Source: Candidatus Bathyarchaeota archaeon (GTDB lineage: Archaea > Thermoproteota > Bathyarchaeia > Bathyarchaeales > Bathycorpusculaceae). Taken from it: a stretch of 64,000 nt of DNA. Both the position numbers and the translations under genes were made by a program. Shown here piece by piece: positions 19,074 through 28,995 of this stretch. The first letter of the stretch is position 1; the number at the start of each line of letters is the position of its first letter. The notes beneath the pieces were generated by a model that ran no database searches, was not told where the DNA came from, and was given only the letters and a program-made list of their open reading frames with translations. The stretch lies in assembly GCA_963782525.1 (NCBI GenBank), contig CAWAKC010000003.1:64001-128000 (forward strand). The letters are read 5' to 3'.

Positions 19074-19625
19074 TTGCTTTTTTACAGCAGTATGCATTTT
19101 GGCTTCAGAAACCTCTTTTCCGCTCTGTTTAGACAGAGCTTCAGCTAAAGCGTTTCTAATTGCCGTTGTCATGGCCGCGCTAATAGCTTCGGTGGCAACT
19201 CTCTCGACAATACGACCGCCTGGGGTCGGACAATCATTACCACATGAGCTACAGATTTCGACTGGGCAATCATTACCACATGAGCTACAGATTTCGACTG
19301 GGCAATCATTACCACATGAGCTACAGATTTCGACTGGACAATCTTCAGCTATAACTCGCTCGCCAAATGCAGAATTCAACCATTTTTTGTATTCGGGCAT
19401 CGTTTTTTCAACGACGTCATGTATTGTTGATTGCAGTTTTGCATAGATTTCGGGGTTCAATTTTTCAATAGCCGGACTCTTTGCCAAGAGTACACGTAGA
19501 CGTTCATTTTGAACTTTAGTGAGTTTTTTGGTTGGAACATAGGCAGTTATTTTTTTCTTAGGAGCTGTTTTAGTTGGGTTTTTCAAGGGGTCTTTAGTCG
19601 ATGATTTATTTGTTGGCAAAAACAA
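19035..19625 (-). CDS. basic protein with Cys-rich tandem repeat (DCPVEICSSCGN)x3
   Basis: 196-aa ORF, Lys-rich termini, 10 Cys in central repeat. Confidence 0.7.
   Translation of the reverse strand: MFLPTNKSSTKDPLKNPTKTAPKKKITAYVPTKKLTKVQNERLRVLLAKSPAIEKLNPEIYAKLQSTIHDVVEKTMPEYKKWLNSAFGERVIAEDCPVEICSSCGNDCPVEICSSCGNDCPVEICSSCGNDCPTPGGRIVERVATEAISAAMTTAIRNALAEALSKQSGKEVSEAKMHTAVKKQLRKVAKEKGKRK
19231..19343. repeat. 36-bp tandem repeat, 3 copies plus partial
   Basis: CAATCATTACCACATGAGCTACAGATTTCGACTGG(G/A) at 19231, 19267, 19303. Confidence 0.95.
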
Positions 19626-20150
19626 TCACTACGTTGTTTCTATGAAGTATCAATTATTTATATTTACTGTAAAGTTAATTTGAGGTTGGACTGAGCTTTC
19701 ATCGTTTTCGTGTCCACAAAATTGACAAGGCCACAAAACAATATCGCTCCTACATTAGCTCGTCAAACATGCTGTCAGATTCTTCTGTTAACTGGTCTTC
19801 CCAGCATTCCCAACACATATCCTCAAAGTCTTCTCTATCTTGCTTGCCGATTGCTTTTCCACAAACCTTGCATTTTCTCACATTTTTTTCTTCAGTCACT
19901 CAAGTTTCTCTCCAATTACATTCTAATATCGCAGACGCAGCATCGCTTTGTTTTTTTTAATATGCGAGGGCTAAGCTAAGGGATTTTTAGTTTTGAGAAA
20001 AAATTGGGTTAGATGGAATATGGCCTTAAAGGTGACTAACTACGTGACAAGCTCCAAGTGTTTCTCCTATTTCTTATTTTTTTGTTGGTAAGGTTTTTAT
20101 GTGTATTTACGCTTATTAATTACAGTAAATATGTGCAGAATGTGATGTGC

Positions 20151-20372
20151 ATGAGTAACGTAACCGTACGTGTTCCTGAAGAGTTAAAAGGGCGCATGAA
20201 ACGCTGCAAAAACGTCAACTGGAGCGAAGTTGCAAGAATGGCTTTTGAAGATGCCGCAAGAAAAGAAGAGATACAGTGCGCTACAGAGGCAATTAAGAAA
20301 CTTCGATTGGAAAGCAAAGCTGAATGGAATGGCGCTAAGGAGATACGCAGATGGCGAGATGCCGAGAAATAG
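20151..20372 (+). CDS. vapB: VapB-like RHH antitoxin
   Basis: MSNVTVRVPEELKGRMK..VNWSEVAR; overlaps PIN gene. Confidence 0.85.
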   Translation: MSNVTVRVPEELKGRMKRCKNVNWSEVARMAFEDAARKEEIQCATEAIKKLRLESKAEWNGAKEIRRWRDAEK

Positions 20373-20773
20373 TTCTTGATTCATCAGTAGTTGTCAAATG
20401 GTTTAGTACAGAAACAAAATCAGTCGAAGCACTAAAACTCTTAGATTCCCACATACAAGGAACAGTAGAATTAACAATCTCGGAAATTCTAATTTGCGAG
20501 ATAGGAAATGCCTTAAGATATAAACCAGATTACGACATCCAGAAATGGAAAACCGCCCTCACTCAACTATACAACCTTCACATGAACCTAACTCACCTAA
20601 CTGAAGATCTCGCATCTAGGACAGGTAAGATAGCTTACGAAGGGAAAGTAACATTTTACGATGCCTTGCCTGTTGCCATTGCTGAAAACAGAAAAACCGT
20701 ATGCATAACAGCAGATGAAGAAACACAGTATAAAAAACTTAAACCAAAAGATTTTCCTATCGAACTCTTATAA
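20351..20773 (+). CDS. vapC: VapC PIN-domain toxin
   Basis: VLDSSVVVKW, EIGNAL, TFYDA, ITAD. Confidence 0.88.
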   Translation: MARCREIVLDSSVVVKWFSTETKSVEALKLLDSHIQGTVELTISEILICEIGNALRYKPDYDIQKWKTALTQLYNLHMNLTHLTEDLASRTGKIAYEGKVTFYDALPVAIAENRKTVCITADEETQYKKLKPKDFPIELL

Positions 20774-20983
20774 GCGGCAGAAGTGGGAAATCGATTTTGA
20801 GATAATGGCAAAAAATGCTAAAAGTACGACCCCCTGCTCAATTTGCGGGGCGGAAAGTTGCATACAGAAAAACATGCCCAAACACCTCACTAAAATATGC
20901 ATAATTAGTGACTAAATGCTCGACTCAAAATACTCCCGTAACAAAACAGCAAACGCTCCTTTAAAAATAGCTTTCGGTTAAAG

Positions 20984-22213
20984 TTATTTTGCATTGTTCA
21001 TGGAAAAAGCTTTTTCTGCGACTGCCCTGCCCAGTTGTCGTGCCTTCTGACGATCATTATCTGCAGGGTTACCGTATATTGAAAGCGGTTCTCCCACCAT
21101 TTCAAATCCCAAGGTAGCCAGTTCGGAAGCTGTTTTCCTTGTTGCTTCTCCACTCCACCCAAAACTTCCGAATACCGCGGCACATCTGTTGGAAAATTTT
21201 TTTGTTCTGAGCAAGTTTATAAAATCTGTGACTTTGGGAAAGATCTCGTGTTCATATGTGGGTGTTCCAACAATCAGTGCGGGTGATTCAACAAGAGCTG
21301 TTAAGGCGTCAACAGAATGGACTTCTGATAGATTGAAGCTGCTCATTGCACCTCCAGCTTCTGCGATACCATCGGCTATGGCAGGTAGGCATTTGGCGGT
21401 CATCCCATACATAGAGCCGTAAACGACGACAACTTTTTTCTTGTAAGTGCCCTTGCTCCAAGCGGCCCATTGGCTTAATGTTTCTTTTACGCTTTGGTTG
21501 TAAACTGGACCGTGACTTGGCGCTAAGACATCGATTTGTAGATTCATTTTTTCGAATTTCTCGATTGCTTTTTGAACCCATTCTCTTTGTCCGTTAAAGA
21601 CCGAGGCAAAATATTTTTGAGAGCATTCACAAATGTTCTGTTTCTCCATATCGATATCGGATTCCATTATGGTTCCCTGTGGTAGTTTTTTGAATGCTCC
21701 AAAGGCGTCACAACAAAACAGAATCCTATCTTCTGGTAGGTGGGTGGTCATGGTTTCAGGCCAGTGAAGCCAGGGAGTTTGAATAAAATGCAACGTTTTG
21801 GTTCCCAAAGAAAGCGTCATATCGTCACCTTTAATAACGATTGCTTGTGGGTCGGTTGCGTAGAATTTTTTAAATATACTTTGAGCGATTGGGGTATAGA
21901 CTATTTTGATGTTGGGTGCTTTTTGCAGCAAAGCTGGAATTGCACTAGTATGGTCGGGTTCCATATGATTGATGATTAAGTAGTCTATTTTAGAGATGTC
22001 AATTATTTGGCTGATTTTTTCGAAGTGCTCTTGGGCTTTTTTTTCGTGAACGCTATCTATGAGAGCGGTTTTCTCTGAGCCTTTAACTAGGTATGAGTTG
22101 TATGAAACTCCTTCTGGTATACTCCAGAGTCCCTCGAATAGTGGGGTTTCGGTATCGTTGACTCCCACCCAGAAGATGCCTGAGGATAATTGGAGAGGTT
22201 GATTATTGTACAT
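20984..22213 (-). CDS. fprA: flavodiiron protein (FprA, O2/NO reductase)
   Basis: SYNSYL, NHMEPDH, LHWPET, CDAFG, PSHG plus flavodoxin domain SMYGMT...GSFGWSG. Confidence 0.92.
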   Translation of the reverse strand: MYNNQPLQLSSGIFWVGVNDTETPLFEGLWSIPEGVSYNSYLVKGSEKTALIDSVHEKKAQEHFEKISQIIDISKIDYLIINHMEPDHTSAIPALLQKAPNIKIVYTPIAQSIFKKFYATDPQAIVIKGDDMTLSLGTKTLHFIQTPWLHWPETMTTHLPEDRILFCCDAFGAFKKLPQGTIMESDIDMEKQNICECSQKYFASVFNGQREWVQKAIEKFEKMNLQIDVLAPSHGPVYNQSVKETLSQWAAWSKGTYKKKVVVVYGSMYGMTAKCLPAIADGIAEAGGAMSSFNLSEVHSVDALTALVESPALIVGTPTYEHEIFPKVTDFINLLRTKKFSNRCAAVFGSFGWSGEATRKTASELATLGFEMVGEPLSIYGNPADNDRQKARQLGRAVAEKAFSMNNAK

Positions 22214-22382
22214 AGAATTACCTTCAATAATAAATCATGCTAAAGCATACTTGGCATTTAACTTTTATGTTAAGATGGATCTTTAAGTTAGATTTGTTTT
22301 AATAAAAAAGGTTGTCAGCTAACTTGAGTTAGTTAGCTTAATGTTATTTGAATCAATGTGGTCTTCTTTTGAGATTGGATTG

Positions 22383-22802
22383 TTAGATGAACATTGAAAC
22401 GTCTGCGCCGGCAGCAATGTCAAGGAAGGTTGCAGCGCCAACCATGCTGTCAACTTCAGGAACAAGGTCTTCTCTTTTGATTCCAAACATTTCCATCGTT
22501 GGTGTGCATGCGTAGATTGTACATTTGCCGGATTGCTTTATGCGTTTGAGCATATCGTATGGCGAAGGATATTTCATGCGTTCTAGATTCTTTCGCATGG
22601 TTTCTTCTAGATGTTTGTAGTCTCCAGGCAGCACTGCTTTTTCCATAGCGCCTTTTGCTAGACTTTGTAGCCCCCAAAATGTAAAGTATAAGTGTGCTTC
22701 CCAGCCCATGGCTACAGATGTGGATGCCAAAATGAAAGCGCAGTAGAGTTTGTCGATTGTTCCGCTTTGAACGACTAATGCTAATTTTTTGGTTTGACTC
22801 AT
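22383..22802 (-). CDS. DsrE/DsrF/DrsH-like sulfur-relay protein
   Basis: FTFWGL, IYACTPTM, VGAATFL; likely start MSQTKK at 22802. Confidence 0.85.
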   Translation of the reverse strand: MSQTKKLALVVQSGTIDKLYCAFILASTSVAMGWEAHLYFTFWGLQSLAKGAMEKAVLPGDYKHLEETMRKNLERMKYPSPYDMLKRIKQSGKCTIYACTPTMEMFGIKREDLVPEVDSMVGAATFLDIAAGADVSMFI

Positions 22803-22954
22803 TTTTTTATCACCTTCTTTTCCTGTGGTGCACAATTTTGGCAGCAAAAACTAACTTTTTTTCCGTCTACTTCGGTGGTGTAAGCCGCAAGTTGGCAAGG
22901 TTCTTCCGAGATTTCAGCGTCGCAACATTTGCATTTGGTAGTTTCTTTTTTCAT
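22799..22954 (-). CDS. TRASH/YHS-like metal-binding small protein
   Basis: MKKETTKCKCC...VDGKKVSFCCQNC. Confidence 0.7.
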   Translation of the reverse strand: MKKETTKCKCCDAEISEEPCQLAAYTTEVDGKKVSFCCQNCAPQEKKVIKK

Positions 22955-23336
22955 TATTTCACCTCTTTGCTTTTCTGTTTTTTTTGGTAGTCTTCGATGG
23001 CGGCGTGGAGTGCATCGGCTGCTAAGTTTGAGCAGTGCATTTTTACTGGGGGAGGCCTCCAAGTGAGTCGGCTACGCTTGCGCGAGAAATTTTCATGGCT
23101 TCATCGATTGTTTTTCCTTTTGCAAGTTCTGTTGTCATGCTGCTTGTTGCAATGGCTGCTCCGCAGCCGTAGGTTTTGAATTTAACGTCTTCAATGCGGT
23201 TGTCTTTAACTTTTATGTACATCGTCATTAGGTCTCCGCAGGTGGGGTTTCCAACTGAACCCACTCCGTCGGCATCTGGGATTTCTCCCATGTTTTGAGG
23301 TTTCTTAAAATGTTGCATCACTTTTTCAGAATACAT
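22954..23336 (-). pseudogene. iscU: Fe-S scaffold IscU/NifU with single-base frameshift
   Basis: MYSEKVMQHF, GNPTCGD, GCGAAIA; C-terminal PVKMHCSNLA lies in another frame after the G5 run at 23048-23052. Confidence 0.85.
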
Positions 23337-23337
23337 A

Positions 23338-24525
23338 CTATTTCAGCTCCTTAGGAGTTAGAGGAGACATATCTCTTAGTCTCTTAACAATATCAGGCAT
23401 TATACTCGTTATTTTATCTACGTCTTCTTGAGTGTTTTCTTTTCCCAAAGTTGCCATCAAGGAACCATGTGCATCCTCAGGTTGTAAGCCTAAAGCAAGT
23501 AAAACATGTGATGGCTGAAGTGTTTTGGCGGCACAAGCTGATCCCGATGATGCAAAAACACCCATAATATCTAAGCTTAAAAGTATTGATTCACCTTCGA
23601 TGAAGCTGTATCTAACTGAAACGTTGTTGGGTAGCCTTTGGGTTGGATGCCCGTTTAAGTATGAATACGGTATTGGTTCGATGAGACCTTTAATCAGGTT
23701 GTTTCGCAACAAAGTTAGTCTTTGGCTTTCGTTTGCCATTTCATTTTTGGCGATTTCGGCAGCTTTAGCAAACCCAACTATGCCCGGTATGTTTTCGGTC
23801 CCAGAACGTAATCCTCGTTCTTGGCCGCCCCCTTGATTTACAGGTTCTATTGTGGTGCCGGGTTTGATGTAGAGTGCTCCTACGCCTTTTGGTCCATAGA
23901 TGTCGTTGCTTGACATTGTGAGCAGGTCAATATTTTCAGTTTGGACATCAATTGGGACTTGACCACAAGCTGTGGTAGCGTCAACGTGAAGAAAAGCTTT
24001 TTTTGCATGCACAATTTTGCTGATTTCTTTAATCGGTTCAATGGTTCCTATTTCGGGGTTTGCGTAAACTATTGAAACAAGGGTAGTTTGATCATTTAAC
24101 TCAGCTTCTAGCTTTTCTAAATCTAAAACCCCAAATTTGTCAACGGGCAGGAAAATGACTTGAAATCCATTTCGAATCATTAACTTACAAGGGTTGACAA
24201 CTGACATGTGCTCTACGCTTGATGTTATAATTTTGTTTCCGCGGCTTTTGTTTCGGCCTGCGGTGCCTCTAATGGCTAAATTGTTGCTTTCCGTGGCGCC
24301 TGAAGTGAAAACTATGGCTTCTGGGGTTTCTGCGTTGATTAATTTCGCGACAATTTCTCTGCTATTTTGCAATGTCTGTTTGGCTTCCTGCCCTAAAGTA
24401 TGCACTGAAGAAGGATTTCCAAATCGTGAATTAAAGAAGGGCAACATCGCATCAGTTACACGTGGGTCAACTGGTTTTCCGGCTGAATAATCCATGTAAA
24501 TTCTTTTTTGGCTATCGTTTTCCAA
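23338..24525 (-). CDS. iscS: cysteine desulfurase IscS/NifS
   Basis: FGNPSS, SGATESNN, HVDA, RSGTEN, SSGSAC; PLP-Lys region reads SSNDIYGPKG rather than SxHK. Confidence 0.88.
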   Translation of the reverse strand: MENDSQKRIYMDYSAGKPVDPRVTDAMLPFFNSRFGNPSSVHTLGQEAKQTLQNSREIVAKLINAETPEAIVFTSGATESNNLAIRGTAGRNKSRGNKIITSSVEHMSVVNPCKLMIRNGFQVIFLPVDKFGVLDLEKLEAELNDQTTLVSIVYANPEIGTIEPIKEISKIVHAKKAFLHVDATTACGQVPIDVQTENIDLLTMSSNDIYGPKGVGALYIKPGTTIEPVNQGGGQERGLRSGTENIPGIVGFAKAAEIAKNEMANESQRLTLLRNNLIKGLIEPIPYSYLNGHPTQRLPNNVSVRYSFIEGESILLSLDIMGVFASSGSACAAKTLQPSHVLLALGLQPEDAHGSLMATLGKENTQEDVDKITSIMPDIVKRLRDMSPLTPKELK

Positions 24526-24545
24526 AATTTGGTCCCTTCGTTGGG

Positions 24546-24776
24546 CTATTTCAACTTTTTAATTATTATTCGAGTTACGCCTTCTTCTTGTTTGCTTTCC
24601 ATGACTTGGTCGCCTAAGTTTTTAGCTAGGTTTTCGATATCAGATTTTGCTGCCGGATCATCTGCAGTGACTTCCAGAGTTTCTCCAACTTTCATTTCGT
24701 CCAACTGCAATCTAGTGTTAAAGACCGGTTCGGGACAGAACAAACCTAAGCAATCTAGCGATTTATCAGCTTTTAT
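24546..24776 (-). CDS. tusA: TusA/SirA sulfur carrier (apparent ATA start)
   Basis: (I)KADKSLDCLGLFCPEP, ADDPAAKSDI; GTGAGGT SD precedes ATA at 24776. Confidence 0.82.
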   Translation of the reverse strand: MKADKSLDCLGLFCPEPVFNTRLQLDEMKVGETLEVTADDPAAKSDIENLAKNLGDQVMESKQEEGVTRIIIKKLK

Positions 24777-25101
24777 AAAAATAACCTCACATAGATTGAG
24801 AAAAAAGGTAACAATAAATGTTTTGCAAAAAGTACCAAAATAATCTGCGTAAAAGCTTTACCAAAAAAGAATGATGGGTTAACTTGAGAATTTTTGGGCT
24901 GCACAACAACCATAGGCGCCCTAACAAAAGGCATACTATCAATACACTGCAGAGAAGAAAACTCACCGTAAATAGCTCAAGATACAAACCTTCCAAACTT
25001 CCTTGTCTGAGATTTGTCAAGGTTTCTTGAACAACAAAAGTTGTTGGGTTGGGGTTCTTGGAGTCCAAACGAAAAGACAGAAAAAATAGAGCAGATGCTC
25101 A

Positions 25102-25932
25102 CTACTTTGCTATAACCCAAACCTCATCTATCCAGTAAAATGGATAGTCATAGGTTGCGCCTCTGCACCAAAACTCTGTAGTTACGTTTTGATTTACTGG
25201 GAAGTTATGGGCTAGGCGGATCCACTTGTTTTGAGGCAACGGTAGAGCCCGAGGTTTCTTAATAACTCCGCCAACAGTTACTTTGATCGCATCGTCATTT
25301 GCGTTTCCATCGTGGTAGAGGTGATAAATTATGCGTGCTTTGGTTTTGGCTCCAGTGTTGAGTGTTTTGGTAAGGGTTCCAGGACCATAGTTGCTGCCAT
25401 AGGAAGTAAAAGACATCTGAACCGCGGCAGGTGAGGAATAGAAATGCGTGTTAACTATGGGATTTGCTCCGCCAAATCCTCCAACATATGCCCAGCCGCA
25501 GACATCATTTGTAAAATCAGCATGCTCCAAAACAGTCCAGGAAGGGTCACTGTGGTCAAAGTGGTGAACGATAACACTTAGGGTTTGGTTTGCGTAGGCT
25601 ACCGAATACCCTGCATCGGTGTAGGCATCGATTCTAAAACTCAGCGTCTCGTCATATTCTCCTGCAGTCAAAGTTGGCTTAGCCCGAACGGGTGTAAATA
25701 CAAAGAACCCGCTCGCCCCCGGCGCCAAGGATCCAAGGTTTGTATATTCCACTGAATAGTCTGCAGGAGCCGATGCGATAGAGGCTTTAAAGTAAAGTGT
25801 ACTCGACGGATGAGTGTTGGTTATCCCCAAGAGTATGTTTAAGGTAAAAGATGTTGGCAGGTCGCAGACGTCATTGTAAATATCGGGTTCGGCAACGTCG
25901 GCTTTGAAGCTAATTATAGGATTTGTAACCAT
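25102..25932 (-). CDS. hypothetical beta-rich protein, possibly virion structural or carbohydrate-binding
   Basis: 276 aa, Thr/Ser/aromatic-rich, ends WIDEVWV; lies in provirus relic. Confidence 0.55.
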   Translation of the reverse strand: MVTNPIISFKADVAEPDIYNDVCDLPTSFTLNILLGITNTHPSSTLYFKASIASAPADYSVEYTNLGSLAPGASGFFVFTPVRAKPTLTAGEYDETLSFRIDAYTDAGYSVAYANQTLSVIVHHFDHSDPSWTVLEHADFTNDVCGWAYVGGFGGANPIVNTHFYSSPAAVQMSFTSYGSNYGPGTLTKTLNTGAKTKARIIYHLYHDGNANDDAIKVTVGGVIKKPRALPLPQNKWIRLAHNFPVNQNVTTEFWCRGATYDYPFYWIDEVWVIAK

Positions 25933-26572
25933 TACTCAAAACCTTCTAGAGTTTTAAATCCAACTTTTCCCCAAGCGACAAGATCATCCTTGCACCGGAG
26001 CTTCAAGGACCCCTTCTTAGTACTGATCAAAAACAACCGCAACTTACTGTAGCTTAAACAAAATGGGCAAGTTGTACTATTGAAAGGATCAATGCCTTTT
26101 TCGGTAACAGTTGCAAACTTATGGGATAGCCTTTAACTTGATTTCTTGACTGTCAGTTTTAAAGAACACAGACTGCTGCAAATCATTCTCAGCTCTCTCC
26201 TGGTTATGCCAATGCTTTTTCTGCAGGCTTGACGTAACATGAATTTTACCGAAAATAGGAATGTTCATGGGTTTAGGCAACTCAAGAAACCTCCTTGGGA
26301 GATTCAACATTGCCCAAAGCACGCTGCGTAATTTCCTCTAACTCATGGAAATCAGCGTTATAGTGCAAGGCAAGTTTGACGAGAAAAAGACGCATCGTAT
26401 TTGCTGCGGCTTCTAGCTCGTTTTGATTCAATTAAGAAGTCTCCGCGTTATTTACTAAAAAAAGAAAAAGGGGGATAGGGCAAAAAGGCGAATTTGCTTT
26501 TGGAAATCCAAATAAAGACGCTTGCGGATTACCCATCGACCGAGACCTGAAACAGTCCCAGTCTAGTATCGG

Positions 26573-26678
26573 GCGGTCGTAGTCTAGTTTGGTCTAGGAC
26601 ATCAAGTCCACTAGTACTCTTTGGACGTGCAAGCCTGCCACGCTGACGACCCGGGTTCAAATCTCGGCGACCGCACCA
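26573..26678 (+). tRNA. tRNA-Gly(GCC) with 28-nt non-canonical intron at about 29/30 (26605-26632)
   Basis: Acceptor GCGGTCG/CGACCGC-A-CCA, T-loop GTTCAAAT; removing the intron gives stem TCAGC/GCTGA and loop CT-GCC-AC. Confidence 0.93.
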
Positions 26679-27123
26679 CAACCGCACCTATTAATAACAC
26701 TCAGAAAAACTAAACGCTCTACAGATTAGCTGCAAGAGTTTTTTCAAAATTGAAAGAATTCTCTATCTTCTGCGATTAGTCATAATTAAGACCGATTGTT
26801 TGCATGCTATTTGAGCTCATAAAACCATAGTTATCGCAGAAAGAAAAAAAAGTACATGTCACAGGAATGGAAGCGCCAACATTGCTTCACACAACACTCA
26901 CACATTTCAACATAGCATCCATGTTGACTGTGTGGTCAACCCCTCTTCCCACACTCAAATCGCAAGAGGAAAACGACCCAAAACAAAAACGGGATCTCTT
27001 GCCAAAGCATCCCCTACAGTGTGCAATTTTTAGCGCCCACACCCACACACAAAAAGAGAAATACTTGGGTGTGTAACTCGGTAAGCGCACCATAGCCCAT
27101 CCTAAAACCCGTTTTGATGTTTC

Positions 27124-27384
27124 CTATGCATCAAAATCTAGTCTAAGAAGTCTGTGTTGGCATTTAGAATCTTTGCAGCCGTACAGGAGTAGGTTGGGGT
27201 TGTTGTGGTTGGTTGTTAAGACTTCGGTTTTTGATTTGCAGTTTTCGCAGCGTTCTGCTCTGACTTGATCGTTTGCCACATGCCCTTTGACTAACAGTAT
27301 GCTCCACGATTTTTCTTTAAAAGAATTAAACAATGACCAAGAGCCTTCTAGAAAATAGTGGGATTGCAATCCCAGCTTTCCCAA
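27124..27384 (-). CDS. small Cys-rich hypothetical protein (start uncertain)
   Basis: CENC...CKDSKC. Confidence 0.45.
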   Translation of the reverse strand: MGKLGLQSHYFLEGSWSLFNSFKEKSWSILLVKGHVANDQVRAERCENCKSKTEVLTTNHNNPNLLLYGCKDSKCQHRLLRLDFDA

Positions 27385-27848
27385 TATAAAAGTACTGTGG
27401 GTCCTTAAATTTGTTTGTGATTGTAAACAAACTACAACTTCAATGCGGTCAATCGATGCAGCAACTTATCGATTGTTGTTTTAAATATTAAAATGCAAAT
27501 ATGCTTTTTGTATGCGGCAGTTCAATTTTAAACCTGCGTAAAATTGGTCCCGTCTCCAAAAGTTTCAACGCGTCTCATGATATCGGTTATACTGCCCAGT
27601 TTGTAACGGTGCATTAATCTATATTAACATGTCATCTCTCGTAGTGACACATAAAAATTCCTATACAGGTACTTCTTTTTCTTTACTTAAAAGAAACTGC
27701 CTGGCCAGGTGCAGACAAAAATTTCCAGAGCAACCTCAATATCATGCATAGTATGGCGCGATTTTGTTTTTGGGTATTAATTTCTGATTCATAGGTTGCT
27801 TTCATAAGTGAGTTATATGCCTTCAACCATTTTGGATGGTCAATATGA

Positions 27849-28046
27849 TTGGGAGGATATGTGTGTATGAAACAAATTGCGGAAAAAGAAAGAAAAGAAA
27901 TTGAAGCCAAGTTAGCGAATGTTTTCGATGAAGAAATCAACGGTTTGTCAACCGAATTGCGTGAAATACTGCTAGATGACATGGTAACAGCATTCGAAAA
28001 TAGATTAAATGTGTTAAACAACGCCATCCGAAAAACCCCTAATTGA
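27849..28046 (+). CDS. small helical hypothetical protein
   Basis: Likely start MKQIAE after GGAGG. Confidence 0.6.
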   Translation: MGGYVCMKQIAEKERKEIEAKLANVFDEEINGLSTELREILLDDMVTAFENRLNVLNNAIRKTPN

Positions 28047-28132
28047 CAGCTGCTATGGACAAAAACACTGATTACTAATACATAAATGATTTATAACCAA
28101 ACGGAGCATTAAACAAAAAAAGAGGAATATAA

Positions 28133-28426
28133 TTGCGTCGATCAAAACTCGAAATGTACATTGACATCCTGACGGTCTTGGCTCATAAAGGACCATTAAA
28201 GTTAACGCATGTCATGTATAAGGCAAACGTTAACTGCAGCGTTCTCAAAGAATACTTAGAGTTCCTCATGAAGCAAGGTTTAGTTGAAGAACGCATCGTG
28301 GGTAAAGCTCGAACAGTTTTCGCAGTGACACCACGCGGGATAACAGTTTTAAAGTACTTCAAGGAACTGAAGCAAGTTTTACCCATAGTAGAGGAAGCAA
28401 GGAACCAAACTCCCATTCCCTACTAA
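28133..28426 (+). CDS. winged-helix transcription regulator
   Basis: RRSKLEMYIDIL...THVMYKANVN...TPRG archaeal wHTH pattern. Confidence 0.85.
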   Translation: MRRSKLEMYIDILTVLAHKGPLKLTHVMYKANVNCSVLKEYLEFLMKQGLVEERIVGKARTVFAVTPRGITVLKYFKELKQVLPIVEEARNQTPIPY

Positions 28427-28602
28427 AATCTCCAGTTTTAGAACTTTAATCGTTTAATTTTAGTTTTATCTTTTTTAGCGCCATGTTTGTTTTTGTTTTA
28501 CTTATTTCAAATAAGTACTGCAGTGTCGCAAGACATAATAAATAGCATAGACTTATTCTATCAAATTGTAAATATGAAAAACATACAACTCGGGGAAGAC
28601 TA

Positions 28603-28995
28603 ATGATAAGAAACGATTTATCAAGTAAAAAACCGCTAAACATTCTAGAAAAAATTGAAGAAAGCCTCGAGAAACTAAATGATAAGATCGAAGTCATGAT
28701 TGTGCTTCAAAAGAACGGAAACGCAAACGACAATAACCCTAAAGCGCTCTTACCCTTACCCGATGCTTCTCTTGACGTTATGACTTTGTTATCCATGCCT
28801 GATCACTTACGCAAGACAGCCATGACGATCTGTAGGTGCAGCCGAGCTACAGCTGAAGAAATTGCAGATCAAACCAAACGGGCCCGAGCCGTGGAAAGTG
28901 CATACCTTAACCAACTTGTAATTATGGGTTACTTAAAGAAGGAACGAAAAGGTAGGAAAGCCTACTTCTTCATAGACAAAGAAGTACAGAGTTGA
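28603..28995 (+). CDS. coiled-coil plus wHTH protein
   Basis: ATAEEIA..TKRARAVESAYLNQLV.MGYL..RKGRK; overlaps MinD-like gene. Confidence 0.8.
   Translation: MIRNDLSSKKPLNILEKIEESLEKLNDKIEVMIVLQKNGNANDNNPKALLPLPDASLDVMTLLSMPDHLRKTAMTICRCSRATAEEIADQTKRARAVESAYLNQLVIMGYLKKERKGRKAYFFIDKEVQS

Larger units (their letters stand above)
2956..26595. mobile_element. degraded mosaic genomic island / provirus relic at tRNA-Gly
   Basis: 23-bp tRNA 5' direct repeat at both ends, integrase remnant next to left copy, terminase pseudogene, TA modules, many frameshifted genes. Confidence 0.6.

Noticed and set aside
19231-19343. CRISPR array
   Set aside because: 36-bp units are directly adjacent with no spacers, are in frame within an ORF, and no cas genes are present
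22799-23062. 87-aa ORF as given in the track
   Set aside because: The first part overlaps the frameshifted iscU tail; the credible gene starts at ATG 22954
10589-26000. Complete inducible provirus
   Set aside because: Terminase and integrases are pseudogenes; no portal or major capsid gene recognised
25932-26433. Intact genes upstream of the 25102 ORF
   Set aside because: Reading frames are broken by several stops; treated as unassignable decayed sequence
26670-26688. ACCGCACC duplicated right after the tRNA 3' end as an att site
   Set aside because: Only 8 bp and immediately adjacent; no element between copies
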